NCBI GenBank assembly: GCA_964016885.1
Contig: OZ024748.1
Span: forward strand, 12,400,001 to 12,464,000
Direction of reading: 5' to 3'
DNA length: 64,000 nucleotides
Source of the DNA: Eledone cirrhosa
Taxonomy: Eukaryota
This document shows positions 44,165 through 57,635 of the stretch, one piece after another. A program made the translations under genes and the position numbers. Position 1 is the first letter of the stretch. Each line of letters starts with the position of its first letter. The notes beneath the pieces were generated by a model. That model saw nothing but the letters and a program-made list of their open reading frames with translations, had not been told where the DNA came from and did not search any database.

Positions 44165-44635
44165 AATTATTTCTAAAATTTGCACAAGGCCAACAATTTG
44201 GAGGGTGAAGGTGAAGGTTGACTATATCAACCCCGGTACTTCATTTTATCAACCCCAGTACTTTATTTTACCAACCCCAGTACTTCATTTTATCAACCCA
44301 GAGTACTTTATTTTATTAACCCCAGTACTTCATTTTATCAACCCCAGTACTTTATTTTACTAACCCCAGTACTTCATTTTATCAACCCAGAGTACTTTAT
44401 TTTATTAACCCCAGTACTTCATTTTATCAACCCCAGTACTTTATTTTACCAACCCCAGTACTTCATTTTATCAACCCAGACTACTTCATTTTATTAACCC
44501 CAGTACTTTATTTTATCAACCCTCAGTACTTTATTTTATCAACCCTCAGTTCTTTATTATATCAACCCCAGGACTTGATTTTACCAACCCCCTGTACTTT
44601 ATTTTATCAACTGCAGAAAGATGAAACGCAACGAA
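44165..44635 (-). mobile_element. Second-family SINE with internal 22-bp unit amplified ~17 times
   Basis: GCACAAGGCC tail at 44182, (ACCCCAGTACTTTATTTTATCA)n, then AAAGATGAAA resumes the SINE. Confidence 0.8.
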
Positions 44636-44829
44636 GAGGTTGTAAATACCGAGTCAAATGTAGATGTGGTAATCTGTATTCCACAAAAGGAACGTTGTCC
44701 AATCATGGTGTAACCCACATTTCTTTTTGGAAAATCAAGGTCGACAAACTTTAAGTTAAAGGATCAAAGACTTAGTAGGGAGGTGGGAGATTTTAGGGAG
44801 CTCAGGATACTGTAAGATTCTACTGTACT

Positions 44830-45360
44830 GCTATAGGTTTGAAGAAAAACCTATCAGGGACCTAAACTAGATGGAACTATAGTGGTGTGGTTTGAAAGGG
44901 GATACTAACAGGATGAAAGACAGAATAAGAAGGCTTGGAGTTGACGAGAGCACAGGACGCAGGATGTTTCCTTCATTATAGATTTGAAGAAAAAATTAAT
45001 CAGAGAGCAGGTGTACGGAACTGTAGGGGAGTGGTTTAAAAGGTGACATTAACAGGATGAAAGACAGAATAAGAAGGCTTAGGGTTGATGAGAGCTCAAG
45101 ATGCAGAATGTTTCCTTTATTATAAGTTTGAAGAAAAAATTAATCAGAGAGCAGGTGTATGGAGCTGTAGTGGTGTGGTGTGGTTTCAAAGGTGACATTA
45201 ACAGGATCAAAGACAGAATAAGAAGGCTTGGGGTTCATGACAGCTCTGGACGCAGGACGTTTCCTTCATTATAAATTCGAAGAAAAAAATCAATCACTGA
45301 GCAGCTGTATGGAACTGTATGAGAATGGTTGGAAAGGTGAGGTTAACAGGATCAAAGACC
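44830..45360. repeat. ~141-bp diverged tandem repeat, ~4 units
   Basis: TAACAGGAT[GC]AAAGAC recurs near 44906, 45050, 45200 and 45344. Confidence 0.8.
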
Positions 45361-45449
45361 AATTCCATTAGTAACAATATTGACCAGTTGCTATTTTCTC
45401 TTTGGAGTTCATAACAAATCGAATATATTATCCCAACTTCTGCTGACAT

Positions 45450-45485
<36 letters not shown>

Positions 45486-45769
45486 ATGGTCCCCCTCCCA
45501 GCAACTCTTCTGCCCTCCTCACCACAACAATAATCTCCTCCTCCCCCTACAATAGTATTCCCTGCTCCTCCCTCCTCGACAACATCCATACTCACCCCCC
45601 TCTCCTCCCCTAACAATACCCTTCCTCAACAAGCTTCCGCCATCTCATGGACAACGCTCTCTCTCTCCCTCACAGGCACTGCTCGCTCCCTACCACCCCC
45701 CCACTAGCAACACTCTCTTCCTTTCCCTCACCACCTTTCCCCCATGGCCACCTCCTCCCCCACTGGCAA

Positions 45770-47080
45770 CACTCTCCTCCTCCTACACCACCACCATCTC
45801 TCCTTTCCCCCCCACACCACCACCACCATCTCTCCTCTCTCCCTCACACACCACCACCATCTCTCCTCTCCCCCCACACCACTACCATCTCTCCTCTCTC
45901 CCTCACACCACTACTATCTCTCCTCCCACACCACCACCACCACCATCTCTCCTCTCTCCCTCACACCACCACCATCTCTCCTCTCCCTCACACACCACCA
46001 CCATCTCTCCTCTCCCCCCACACCACTACCATCTCTCCTCTCTCCCTCACACCACTACTATCTCTCCTCCCACACCACCACCACCACCACCACCACCACC
46101 ATCTCTCCTCTCTCCCTCACACCACCACCACCATCATCTCTCCTCCCCCACACTACCATCATCTCTCCTCCCCCACACCACCACCACTATCATCTCTCCT
46201 CCCCCACACTACCACCACCACCATCATCTCTCCTCCCCCACACTACCACCACCACCATCATCTCTCCTTCCCCACACTACCACCACCACCACCATCTCTC
46301 CTCTCTCCCTCACACCACCACCACCATCATCTCTCCTCCCCCACACTACCATCATCTCTCCTCCCCCACACTACCACCACCACCATCATCTCTCCTCCCC
46401 CACACTACCACCACCATCATCTCTCCTCCCCCACACTACCACCACCACCATCATCTCTCCTCTCCCACACTACCACCACCACCATCATCTCTCCTCTCCC
46501 ACACTACCACCACCACCATCATCTCTCCTCCCCCACACTACTACCACCACCACCACCGTCTCCCAACAACAGACTCTGTTTATTTCCAAACCTTTGGTTC
46601 CACTCCAGCTGGACAAAAATCTTTCATTTTTTTTGTCATCTTTTTATTTATTTCTCTCTCTCTTTGTCTCTCAATATATTTCTCTCTCTCTCAATATATT
46701 CCCCCCCCTCTCTCTCTCTCTCAATATATTCATGTCTCTCTCTCTCTCTCTATGTATTCCTGTCTCTCTCTCTCTCTCTCTATGTATTCCTGTCTCTCTC
46801 TCTCAGTATATTCCTGTCTCTCTCTCTTTCAATGTATTCCTGTCTCTCTCTCTTTCAATGTATTTCTCTCTCTCTTTCAATATATTTCTCTCTCTCTCAA
46901 TATATTCCCCCCCCTCTCTCTCTCTCTCAATATATTCATGTCTCTCTCTCTCAATATATTCATGTCTCTCTCTCTCTCTCTATGTATTCCTGTCTCTCTC
47001 TCTCTCTATGTATTCCTGTCTCTCTCTCTCAATATATTCCTGTCTCTCTCTCTTTCAATGTATTTCTCTATCTCTCTCTC

Positions 47081-47125
<45 letters not shown>
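45770..47125. repeat. CACCAC/CTCTC low complexity and (TC)n-AATATATTC compound repeat
   Basis: Direct reading. Confidence 0.9.
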
Positions 47126-47126
<1 letters not shown>

Positions 47127-47879
47127 AAATCTTTAAAACCACCCAACCCCATCTTTTTAATTCTCACTCTTTTAAAAAATGGTGATTTACCACAAAACTC
47201 TGTGGTTGTTGTTGTTGCCATTGTTGATGTTGCCACTGTTATTACTGTTGCTGCAGCTGTTGTTGTTACAAAATTCAACTTTATTAACATTCTCGTCAGA
47301 CATGGAAACTAAATAAAGAAACAATGATATATTTTTCTCTCACTGTCTCTCTCTTATTTCTCTCTCTCTTCCTCTCTCTTGTCTCTCTCTCTCTCTTTCG
47401 TCTGCCTCTCTCTCCTGTCTGCCTCTCTCTCTCTCTCCTGTCTGCCCCTGTCTGCCTCCCTGTATTCCAAATTAGTCTTACGTTATCGATTTCAATACCA
47501 AACTTCCAATGAAACACACTGACTCTAATTTTCAAATAATTTTGAAAATAACCAAGAATTTGAAGGAATTTAGTAATATATCTGACTTTCTCATTATTTA
47601 GCTGGTGTTCGGAACTTAACTTAACAAAGGTTCTTATATAAAATTATGATGGAAGTTTTCTAGATAAATATAAACAATAGAACCACAGGTGGTTTGGAAT
47701 GAGAATGGTTAAAGCTTATTCACACACCAGACACACACATAAACACTATACACACACACCACACACATAAACACCACACACACACACCATACACACACCC
47801 CACACACACACACATACAGACCCCCCCCCCCACACACACAGTTTAATCCAAGCAAGCATGGAAAACAGAAGTAAAAATG

Positions 47880-48055
47880 ATAATTGTTTCTACGTTTGGC
47901 ACAAGGCCAGCAATTACCCCAGTGCATTACTGGTACTTTATTTTATTGACCCTGTACCCCGTAAGGATGAAAGGCAAAGTTAACCTTGGCGGGATTTGAA
48001 CTCAGATCATAAAGGGCCGTAACTCTATGCTGCAAAGCATGGCGTCTGACCCTCT
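47880..48055 (-). mobile_element. Second-family SINE
   Basis: Homology to 18152-18333. Confidence 0.85.
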
Positions 48056-48059
48056 ATAT

Positions 48060-48410
48060 ATTTCCTTTCCTTCCTCTTCATACTCTATCTTTTATTTCTC
48101 ATTCTAGCTTCTGGTGAAGGACTAATGTCCGAAACGTTAAAGACCCTTTTCCTACTATATGAAGTGTTGATATATTTCTTCATTGTACTGTGTTGTTTGC
48201 TTTGTTATTTCCGTTTACTTTTTGCATATACTGTATATATATATATATATAAAGGTAAACAGAAATAGCAACACAATCAGTACAGTATATGGAAGGAATA
48301 TAGTAGGTTAACGCTTGAAATAGCAGGAATAGGGTCTTAACGTTTCGGGCGCTAGTCCTTCATCGGAAGAATGAATGAGAAACAAGACAGATTGAAGGGA
48401 CGGGTGGGTT
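48060..48410. mobile_element. Two tail-to-tail Penelope-like termini around (TA)n, each with a minimal hammerhead-like motif
   Basis: Plus strand CTGGTGAAGGACTAATGTCCGAAACGTTAA (48111); minus strand CCGATGAAGGACTAGCGCCCGAAACGTTAA (48338-48367). Confidence 0.65.
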
Positions 48411-49224
48411 GGAATTGGAAAAAATGTCTTTAGATAAAAATAACAGGTCCATTCATGTTGACATCTCTATATATTGTAATGAATTAGAAGACAGTCGATT
48501 AAAATTTCACCACATCCTATTTAATACATAATTGCCGTTATACGTATTTCAATGGTATCAGTTATGTAATTCTCAGGCAGTTCTCCCTTGTATAAATATT
48601 AGTGATGTAAATTCTTATGTAATATGCCAGGTGGCAAGCTTAAGAGGAAGCTATACTATGTTGAGTGCTCAATCATACTTACATAAATGTTTATACCTAC
48701 AATCTAAAAAGTAATAATGGATTAACTCAAAATTACCTCATAATATATAGGCTTCTGTACAGTTTCAGTCTACCAAATACTTCTCAAACTTTCAAATTTC
48801 ATTCAGTGATCAATAGTATTAAAAGATTTTTCTTTACTCTCTATAAGAACATGAGTGTGTGTGTGTGAATCTATATCTGCATATGTGTATATACACACAC
48901 ACATACACACACATATATACACATATATACACATATATACACATATATACACACATATAAATATTTATAAATAAATAAATGTATTTTTTCCTCAAGAAAT
49001 AAACAGCAGTAAAAATAGAGGCGGTGGTAGTGGTGGTGTTAGTAGCAGTGGTGGTAGTAGCAGTGGTGGTAGTAGTAGTGGTGGTAGTGGTGGTATGTCT
49101 TATATAAAACATTGTAATTAAGATTCCTAATTGGAACTCATTGCCAGGAGTGATTCCAAACTAAATTATGGTAAATGGGGTTGGGGTGGGATGGATCAAT
49201 GTAATCAATTAACCATTTCCAGCT

Positions 49225-49516
<292 letters not shown>

Positions 49517-50064
49517 TACACACACACACACACACATGTATACACACATATATATATATATATATACACAAACACAAATACACATGTATACATACACACA
49601 CATACATATACATGTATACACACGTACACACATATAGAAACACACATACACCCACATGCATATATATATATATATGTGTTAGTGTGTGTATGTGTGTGTT
49701 TGTATGTGCATGGGTGTGTATATATATATATGTATGTGTGTGTATATATATATACACGCGCACGCACACGCACACGCACACGCACACGCACACGCACACG
49801 CACGCACACACACTAACACACACACCATTTTATTTGGACAAGGTTCAATTGATTATCGTAAATTAGTGTTTTAGAAATTGGTTGATGTGGTGGGGGTGGT
49901 GGTGGAAAGGGTGGTGTGGTGGTGTTGTGATTGTTGTGGGGGGTGTGGTGGTGTTGTGATTGTTGTGGGGGGTGTGGTGGTGTTGTGATTGTTTTAGGGT
50001 GGTGGTGGTCTGGTGAAATAAATATAGTGAATCTTGAGTGAGCAAAATAGTACGGAATCTACAT

Positions 50065-50178
50065 TGTATATATGTTTATATATGTGTGGCTGTGTGTATA
50101 TGCGTGTGTGTATATATGTGTTTGTGTATATATCTGTATATGTGTTTGTGTATGTCTGTATATGTGTGTATATATCTG

Positions 50179-50209
<31 letters not shown>

Positions 50210-52318
50210 ATATATCTGTGTATGTATATATATATGTGTGTATATATCTGTATATATATATATATATGTGTGTGTATATATCTGTGTATGTATATATGTA
50301 TATATATATGTGTGTGTATATATCTGTGTATGTATATATGTATATATATATATGTGTATATATCTGTATATATATGTATATATATGTGTATATATCTGTA
50401 TATATATATATATGTATATATATATGTGTATATATCTGTATATATATATATATGTATATATATATATGTATATATATATGTGTATATATATATGTGTATA
50501 TATATATATGTATATATATATGTGTATATATATATATGTATATATATGTGTATATATATATATGTATATATATATGTGTGTATATATATATGTATATATA
50601 TGTGTGTATATATATATATGTATATATATATGTGTGTATATATATATGTATATATATGTGTGTATATATATATGTATATATATGTGTGTGTATATATATA
50701 TGTATATATATGTGTGTGTATATATATATATGTATATATATGTGTGTGTATATATATATGTATATATGTGTGTGTATATATATATGTATATGTGTGTGTA
50801 TATATATATGTATATGTGTGTGTATATATATATGTATATGTGTGTGTATATATATATGTATATATGTGTGTATATATATATGTATATATGTGTGTATATA
50901 TATATGTATATATATATGTGTATATATATATGTATATATATGTGTATATATATATATATGTATATATATGTGTGTATATATATATATATGTATATATATG
51001 TGTATATATATATGTATATATATGTGTATATATATATGTATATATATGTGTATATATATATATGTATATATATGTGTATATATATATGTATATATGTGTA
51101 TATATATGTATATATATGTGTATATATATATATATGTATATATATGTGTATATATATATATATGTATGTATATATATGTGTATATATATATATATGTATG
51201 TATATATATGTGTATATATATATATGTCAGGTCACCAGTTGGTGCTACTGGTAACATGTATCCCAGTACAACCTGTCTCATGGTCGGGTCGTTGGCGACT
51301 AAACTGGCAACCCCACCAAGGTTTCCTGGTGAGGAGGGTGACTTTGGACATCCTGCAGGACTAAAAACAAAACCTGTCAAAGCGCAAAGGAGCTCTTAAG
51401 AGTCAATAGCCATCCAAAATCACTGGGAGAGATGACCCCTTAGCCTTTGTCAAGGCAGAATTCTAGGAGAAGGAAAACTCTGATATAACACCTGCAACCC
51501 TGATGGTATCCAATGATGTTGACTTGTTCTTCTTTTTGGTAAATATCATCTTGGTTAAGAGAGTGGGACTGGCTTTGTGCAGTGCCTTTGCTCACTATAA
51601 AAGCTTCACAGCACAGGCATTGCTTTATATCTGGAGATCTCTCTGCACTTGTCATCACATGGTACCATGGGCCCTGCACTATGTGTCAATAATGGTCACA
51701 AGTGTAGTCTTTGTACCAGAGTTTTCAAGTCGCTGACTGGACTAAAAAGTCACATTCGTTCAGCGCATCGGTAGGGGTTCTCCTACATGGATATAAAGTA
51801 GTGGCCGTACTCGAAAACGAGTTGGCAGCCACCATATATATATATATGTATATATATATATGTATATATATATGTGTATATATATATATATGTATATATA
51901 TATGTGTATATATATATATATGTGTATATATATATGTGTATATATATATATATGTGTATATATATATGTGTATATATATATATATGTGTATATATATATG
52001 TGTATATATATGTGTATATATATATGTATATATATGTGTATATATATGTGTATATATATGTATATATATATGTATATATATGTGTATATATATATATGTA
52101 TATATATATGTATATATATGTGTATATATATATATGTGTATATATATATGTATATATATGTATATATATGTGTATATATATGTATATATATGTGTATGTA
52201 TATATATGTGTATATATATATATGTATGTGTATGTATATATATGTGTATATATATATATGTATATATATGTGTATATATATGTGTATATATATGTATATA
52301 TATATGTGTATATGTATA

Positions 52319-52363
<45 letters not shown>

Positions 52364-52716
52364 GTATATATGTGTGTATATATCTGTGTATATATCTGTG
52401 TATATGTATATATCTGTATATATGTGTATATATGTGTATATATATATATGTATATATATCTGTATATATGTGTATATATATATGTATATATATCTGTATA
52501 TATGTGTATATATATATGTATATATCTGTATATATGTGTATATATATATGTATATATATATATATATATGTGTGTATATATATGTATATATGTGTGTATA
52601 TATGTGTATATATATATATGTATATATGTGTGTATATATGTGTATATATATGTATATATGTGTGTATATATATGTATATATGTGTGTATATATCTGTATA
52701 TATCTGTAAACATGTG

Positions 52717-52759
<43 letters not shown>

Positions 52760-52816
52760 GCAAACATATGCATACATACATACATACATACATACATACA
52801 TACATACATACATACA

Positions 52817-52847
<31 letters not shown>

Positions 52848-52850
52848 GTA
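50065..52850. repeat. (TA/TG) compound microsatellite block hosting the bipartite element
   Basis: Direct reading. Confidence 0.95.
51226..51833 (+). mobile_element. Full-length bipartite RTE-derived non-autonomous element (~608 bp)
   Basis: 5' part with CTAGGAGAAGGAAAACTCTG (RTE 5'UTR-like); 3' part 51703-51774 encodes [23 protein letters not shown]. Confidence 0.85.
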
Positions 52851-53062
52851 TTATGTATACACATTTTCTCTCATAACTCCACTCGACATTAAAATGTGTA
52901 TTACAATATTAATAATAATAATAATTTCTTTATTTTTTTGTAATTATCTATAATAATAATAATGATAATTGTTTCTACTTTTGGCACAAGGCCAGCAATT
53001 ACCAGTACATTACTGGTACTTTAATAATAATAATAATAATAATTTCTCTCTCTTTTTCTCAG

Positions 53063-53214
53063 ATTTTTGATCCTCAGAATGAGAGATACGAGGTCCCCAT
53101 TGATGTTCACAAACCTTCCAAACTCACTGATATAGCTGACTGTGATTATCTTGTCTCCTATGTGAAAAGACCCTTTGGTCTTGTGGTCCGACGTAAATCC
53201 ACAAAGAAAGTGAT
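53063..53214 (+). CDS. Internal exon of a GH31 alpha-glucosidase (lysosomal alpha-glucosidase / maltase-glucoamylase / sucrase-isomaltase-like), N-terminal beta-sandwich region
   Basis: Polypyrimidine tract plus CAG acceptor, GTAAGC donor; IFDPQNERYEVPIDVHKPSKLTDIADCDYLVSYVKRPFGLVVRRKSTKKV resembles the GAA segment I.DP.N.RYEVP...PFG..VRR; phase 0/2 boundaries match my recollection of vertebrate GAA exon 3. Confidence 0.88.
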
Positions 53215-53251
53215 GTAAGCCTTCATCTTTATATATTATTCATATTTGCCA

Positions 53252-53480
53252 GAGCGGTGGATTTGTCAGTATCGGTAGAGGGTCGGACGCCATGCTTTGC
53301 AGCATAGAGTTACGGTCCTTTATGATTTGAGTTCAAATCCCGCTCAGGTTATCTTTGCCTTTCATCCTTACGGGGGTTGATAAAATAAAGTACTTGTACC
53401 AGTAATGCACTGGGGTTGATTTAATTGACATTCCCCTCCCGCAAAATTGATGGCCTTGTGTCTATATAAGAAAATATTAT
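53252..53480 (+). mobile_element. Second-family SINE, full length
   Basis: GCGGTGGATTTGTCAG..GAGTTCAAATCC..GGCCTTGTG. Confidence 0.85.
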
Positions 53481-53510
53481 TCATATTTGCCTTTTATTCT
53501 GGTGATAGAA

Positions 53511-53966
53511 TTAACCCTTTCATGTTCAAACCGGCCAAAATTCTCTACCTTTTTCTGTTGAAACTGGCTGTAACTGGTCACTCAAACTGATGTTAAGGTA
53601 TTGTTCTCAAAATAAATACTTTCAAAATGTCATAGATTCAATATTGTGTGAGATAAGTATGTGAGATAAAGCATTTACCATGAAAATATAATAGTATATA
53701 TAGAGAGTGAAGGCGTGTGGCTGAGTGGTTACAGAATTGGATTCACAATCTTGAGATTGTGAGTTCGATTCCTGGACCGGGCGATGCGTTATGTCCTTGA
53801 GCAAGACACTTTATTTCACGTTGCTCCTTCTACCTGGAGTTGCGACCGATAGATAGTATTAGCAACTGGAAAGACTGACGAAAACATTGTTTCCTCGGTC
53901 CGATTTGACGAAAGTCGATCGATCAGAAAAAAAATATAGAGAGTAATGTGAATTTTAAAGGGTTAA
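53511..53966 (+). mobile_element. piggyBac-type MITE family 1 with nested SINE
   Basis: TTAACCCTTT..AAAGGGTTAA ends. Confidence 0.8.
53708..53933 (+). mobile_element. tRNA-derived SINE (tail type B) with TSD ATATAGAGAGT
   Basis: A/B boxes, A-rich end, 11-bp direct repeat at 53698-53708 and 53934-53944. Confidence 0.88.
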
Positions 53967-54232
53967 CCCTTTTATTACCATATTTCTAATGAAAGATATT
54001 GTCTTCCCCTACCCTTGATTTTCAAATTATTTTGAACATAATCAAGAATTCCCGTTGACCCTTGTGATGTGTGACTGATTGTCACACTTAGTGGTGAATT
54101 GATGGTCGTTTTTGTTTTTGTTCCCTCCCTCCCTCTTATTTTTTCTTTCTATTGCTCTGATAATATATTTTAGTGTGTTATATTTGTGAGGATCCTAGCA
54201 ACAGTTAATTGTATTTATTATGTGTGCTTATA

Positions 54233-54582
54233 AGGCAGTGGATTAGCAGCATCGGTAGAGCATCCGACACCATGCTTTGCAACATAGTTATGGCCCTTTA
54301 TGTTCTGAGTTCAAATCCTGCTGAGGTTAACTTTGCCTTTAATCCTTAAAATGTTTCTTAGGGCATTTTCCTCTTCAAGGCTGAATGTTGCAGATTTCTT
54401 CCAGAGAAGGATAGGGAATGAGAGGAAAAGTCGACTCCAGTGTTGAGTGCTATTTTTTTTTTATCGACTTTGAATGGATGAAAGGCAAAGTTGACCTCAG
54501 TGGGATTTGAACTCAGAGAGCCGAGTCAAATACAGCAAAGCACTCTATCCGACATACTTATAATTCTGCCAATTTACTGCCT
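54233..54582. mobile_element. Two second-family SINE pieces in opposite orientation
   Basis: 54233-54347 (+) and 54425-54582 (-). Confidence 0.75.
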
Positions 54583-54602
54583 ACACATTATACATTACAC
54601 TC

Positions 54603-54787
54603 TTAACTCTTTAGCATTTAAACCGGCCATATCTCTTACCTTTTTCTGTTCAAACCGGTTGTAATTGGCCACTCATACTGATGTTAAGGTATTGTTCTCA
54701 AAATAAATAATATCAATCTCATTGATTCAATATTAAATATTAAAATACAATAGTAAATATAGATTAATGTAAATGCTAAAGGGTTAA
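54603..54787 (+). mobile_element. piggyBac-type MITE family 1, unamplified copy
   Basis: TTAACTCTTTAGCATTTA..TAAATGCTAAAGGGTTAA. Confidence 0.88.
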
Positions 54788-55272
54788 GAAGGAAAGACAC
54801 AAATGCCCCTACCTACATGCACTGTCTGAAAACACAACAGGATGGTCATGGCTGGAACATGTAGTAGTAGTAGTGACTGTTTTTCGTTCTGTTAGGCAAA
54901 CTAGAAATAAATTAGAGCTGTTTTTCTGTTGTATAACATGGACACCGGAGCCTGACAACATTCAGATCTGAACCTACGACCATGTGATCAATAACCTATA
55001 GATTATAGATATTTCCTCCACTAGAGCACTGCTCTGATATTTGGGATAGCCTCACCACACTCACATGCACACATACACAGATACACACACATAGACATAC
55101 AGAGATATGTACACATACACACACACACATTCTGGACTATGTGGAAATTAAAAAAAGCCCTTCACACACCTATAAGTTGTGAAATTGCCAAAGTAATTGG
55201 TGCCAATATAGTTCACTTCATACGCAAGTGACCCTAGGAAGGTGAATCATATATATATATATATATATATAT

Positions 55273-55360
55273 ACAAACACCCACACGCATTTATAAACAC
55301 ACGTTGGCCATATATATATATATGGCCAACGTGTGTTTATAAATGCGTGTGTGTGTTTGT
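55273..55360. repeat. Near-perfect 88-bp palindrome centred on (AT)n
   Basis: CACACGCATTTATAAACACACGTTGGCC-(AT)n-GGCCAACGTGTGTTTATAAATGCGTGTG. Confidence 0.9.
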
Positions 55361-55371
55361 GTATGTATATA

Positions 55372-55404
<33 letters not shown>

Positions 55405-55551
55405 ATATGTATGTGTATGTATATATGTATGTATATATGTGTATGTATATGTATGTATATATGTATGTGTGTGTGTGTATATGTGTGTGTATGTGTATAT
55501 ATGTGTGTATGTATATGTATATATGTGTATGTATATATGTGTCTGTATATC

Positions 55552-55586
<35 letters not shown>

Positions 55587-55701
55587 ATAATGTGTGTATG
55601 TATATACATGTGTGTGTATGTATATATATATATATGTGTGCGTGTGTATGTGTATTTTGAGACATTAAAATTATTATTTCAATATTAAGACAGTAACTTA
55701 G

Positions 55702-55879
55702 TACAGGTAAGATACCATTATAACGAATTTTTCAGTATATTGAAATTTCTGTCAATTCCTGAAGTAATAACAAACAAGCACTCGATTTGTTTTGGCCGAT
55801 CTCGTTATAAAGAATTTTTCGTTACAACAAATTTTTTATTTTACCTCGTGAATTTCATTATAACAGAATTTCACTGTAT
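55702..55879. mobile_element. Tc1/mariner (Tigger/pogo-like) MITE, diverged
   Basis: TA|CAG..TTATAACGAA / TTCATTATAAC..CTG|TA imperfect TIRs. Confidence 0.55.
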
Positions 55880-56086
55880 ATAATTTTTATATAAAATCAT
55901 GTTGGAAGATTTTAATTTAATAGGGACCTCATAATATGGGTAGTTTTGTTTTATAGAACTACAGCTATTTTAGGCCAGATTGGTATCAAAGGAGTTATAT
56001 TATTGCGAGGAAACCATCTCAGTTTTACAAAATGTTTTATAGAACCAGAGCTGATTTTGGCCAGGTTGCTATGAAAGGGCTTAAAC

Positions 56087-56489
56087 CACTACTGGACTTT
56101 ATCTATAAGCTAAATAAACTATAGCCTAGGGCCTCACACCCTTAGGAACCTGATTTAAAAGAAAGTATTTTTTCTTTATCATTAGTTTTTATTCCTTAAC
56201 TCTTTAGCATTTACATTATTCTATATTTACTATTGTATTTTTGCAGTGAAGGCTTTATCTCACATAATTATCTTACATAATATCGAATCTATGAGATTTT
56301 GATATTATTTTGAGAACAATACCTTAACATCAGTCTGAGTGGCTGGTTATGGCCAGTTTAGAGAATTTTGAGAGAATTCTGGCTGGATACGGCCAGTTTA
56401 AATGCTAAAGGGTTTATGCTAAATCATCTAAAATTAGGGTCTAAAATTTCATATAACTCAGGGCCTCATCAGGCGAATGTCTGACTCTG
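56087..56489. mobile_element. hAT-like MITE with 8-bp TSD, containing a nested family-1 MITE (56196-56416, -)
   Basis: Flanks GCTTAAAC / GGTTAAAC (7 of 8); AGGGCCTCA motifs; nested TTAACTCTTTAGCATTTA..AAATGCTAAAGGG. Confidence 0.6.
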
Positions 56490-56869
56490 GGTTAAACTAT
56501 TGCAAGGAAACCACAACAGTTTTACAAAAAATGTGAGTGAAGTGAAACAGTTGAAATGGGAATGAAAGACTCTACTGCTAGCTGGGAACTCACCATCATT
56601 CCCTGGTATTTACTCTATCAATAGAAAACAACTAAATTCATATTCTGCCTCCATTTTCCAACAGTTCAACCATGACAGTTTGCCCTGCTTTTCAATTGTT
56701 TTTGTTTAGTTTTTTTTTTTCTCTCCTTTATTATGTTTTTTGATGGGGGTGGGGTGAGCTATGGTAAGGGAGGGGGCATTTACTAAAAAAAAACACAATA
56801 AAAAATCTATAAAAAAACTTTCTCCCTCCATGACCCCGATGACCACCACTACTACAACTAGCATTATCA

Positions 56870-57635
56870 ACATCACCACCACCAACAAAAACACCACCAC
56901 CACCAACAAAAACAGCAACACCACCACCAACAAAAACAGCAACACCACCACCACCACCAACAAAAACAGCAACACCACCACCACCACAAACAAAAACAGC
57001 AACACCACCACCAACACCAACAAAAACAGCAACACCACCACCAACACCAACAAAAACAGCAACACCACCACCAACACCAACAAAAACAGCAACACCACCA
57101 ACAAAAACAGCAACACCACCAACAAAAACAGCAACACCACCACCAACACCAACAAAAATAGCAACACCACCACCACCACCAACAAAAACAGCAACACCAC
57201 CACCAACAAAAACAGCAACACCACCACCAACAAAAACACCACCACCAACAAAAACAGCAGCACCACCACCACCACCACCAACAAAAACAGCAACACCACC
57301 ACCAACACCAACAAAAACAGCAACACCACCAACAAAAACAGCAACACCACCAACAAAAACAGCAACACCACCACCAACACCAACAAAAATAGCAACACCA
57401 CCACCACCACCAACAAAAACAGCAACACCACCACCAACAAAAACAGCAACACCACCACCAACAAAAACACCACCACCAACAAAAACAGCAGCACCACCAC
57501 CACCACCACCAACAAAAACAGCAACACCACCACCACCACCACCAACAAAAACAGCAACACCACCACCACCAACAACAAAAACAGCAACACCACCACCACC
57601 ACCACCAACAAAAACAGCAACACCACCACCACCAA
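56870..57635. repeat. (ACC)n-AACAAAAACAGCAAC minisatellite
   Basis: Direct reading. Confidence 0.92.

Noticed and set aside
44640-45360. LINE 3' end as the origin of the 141-bp repeat
   Set aside because: Only vague resemblance on the minus strand; no diagnostic motif.
48446-48520. IHVDISIYCNELEDSRLKF as the GH31 exon preceding 53063
   Set aside because: Weak similarity, poor acceptor, no GT donor before the stop.
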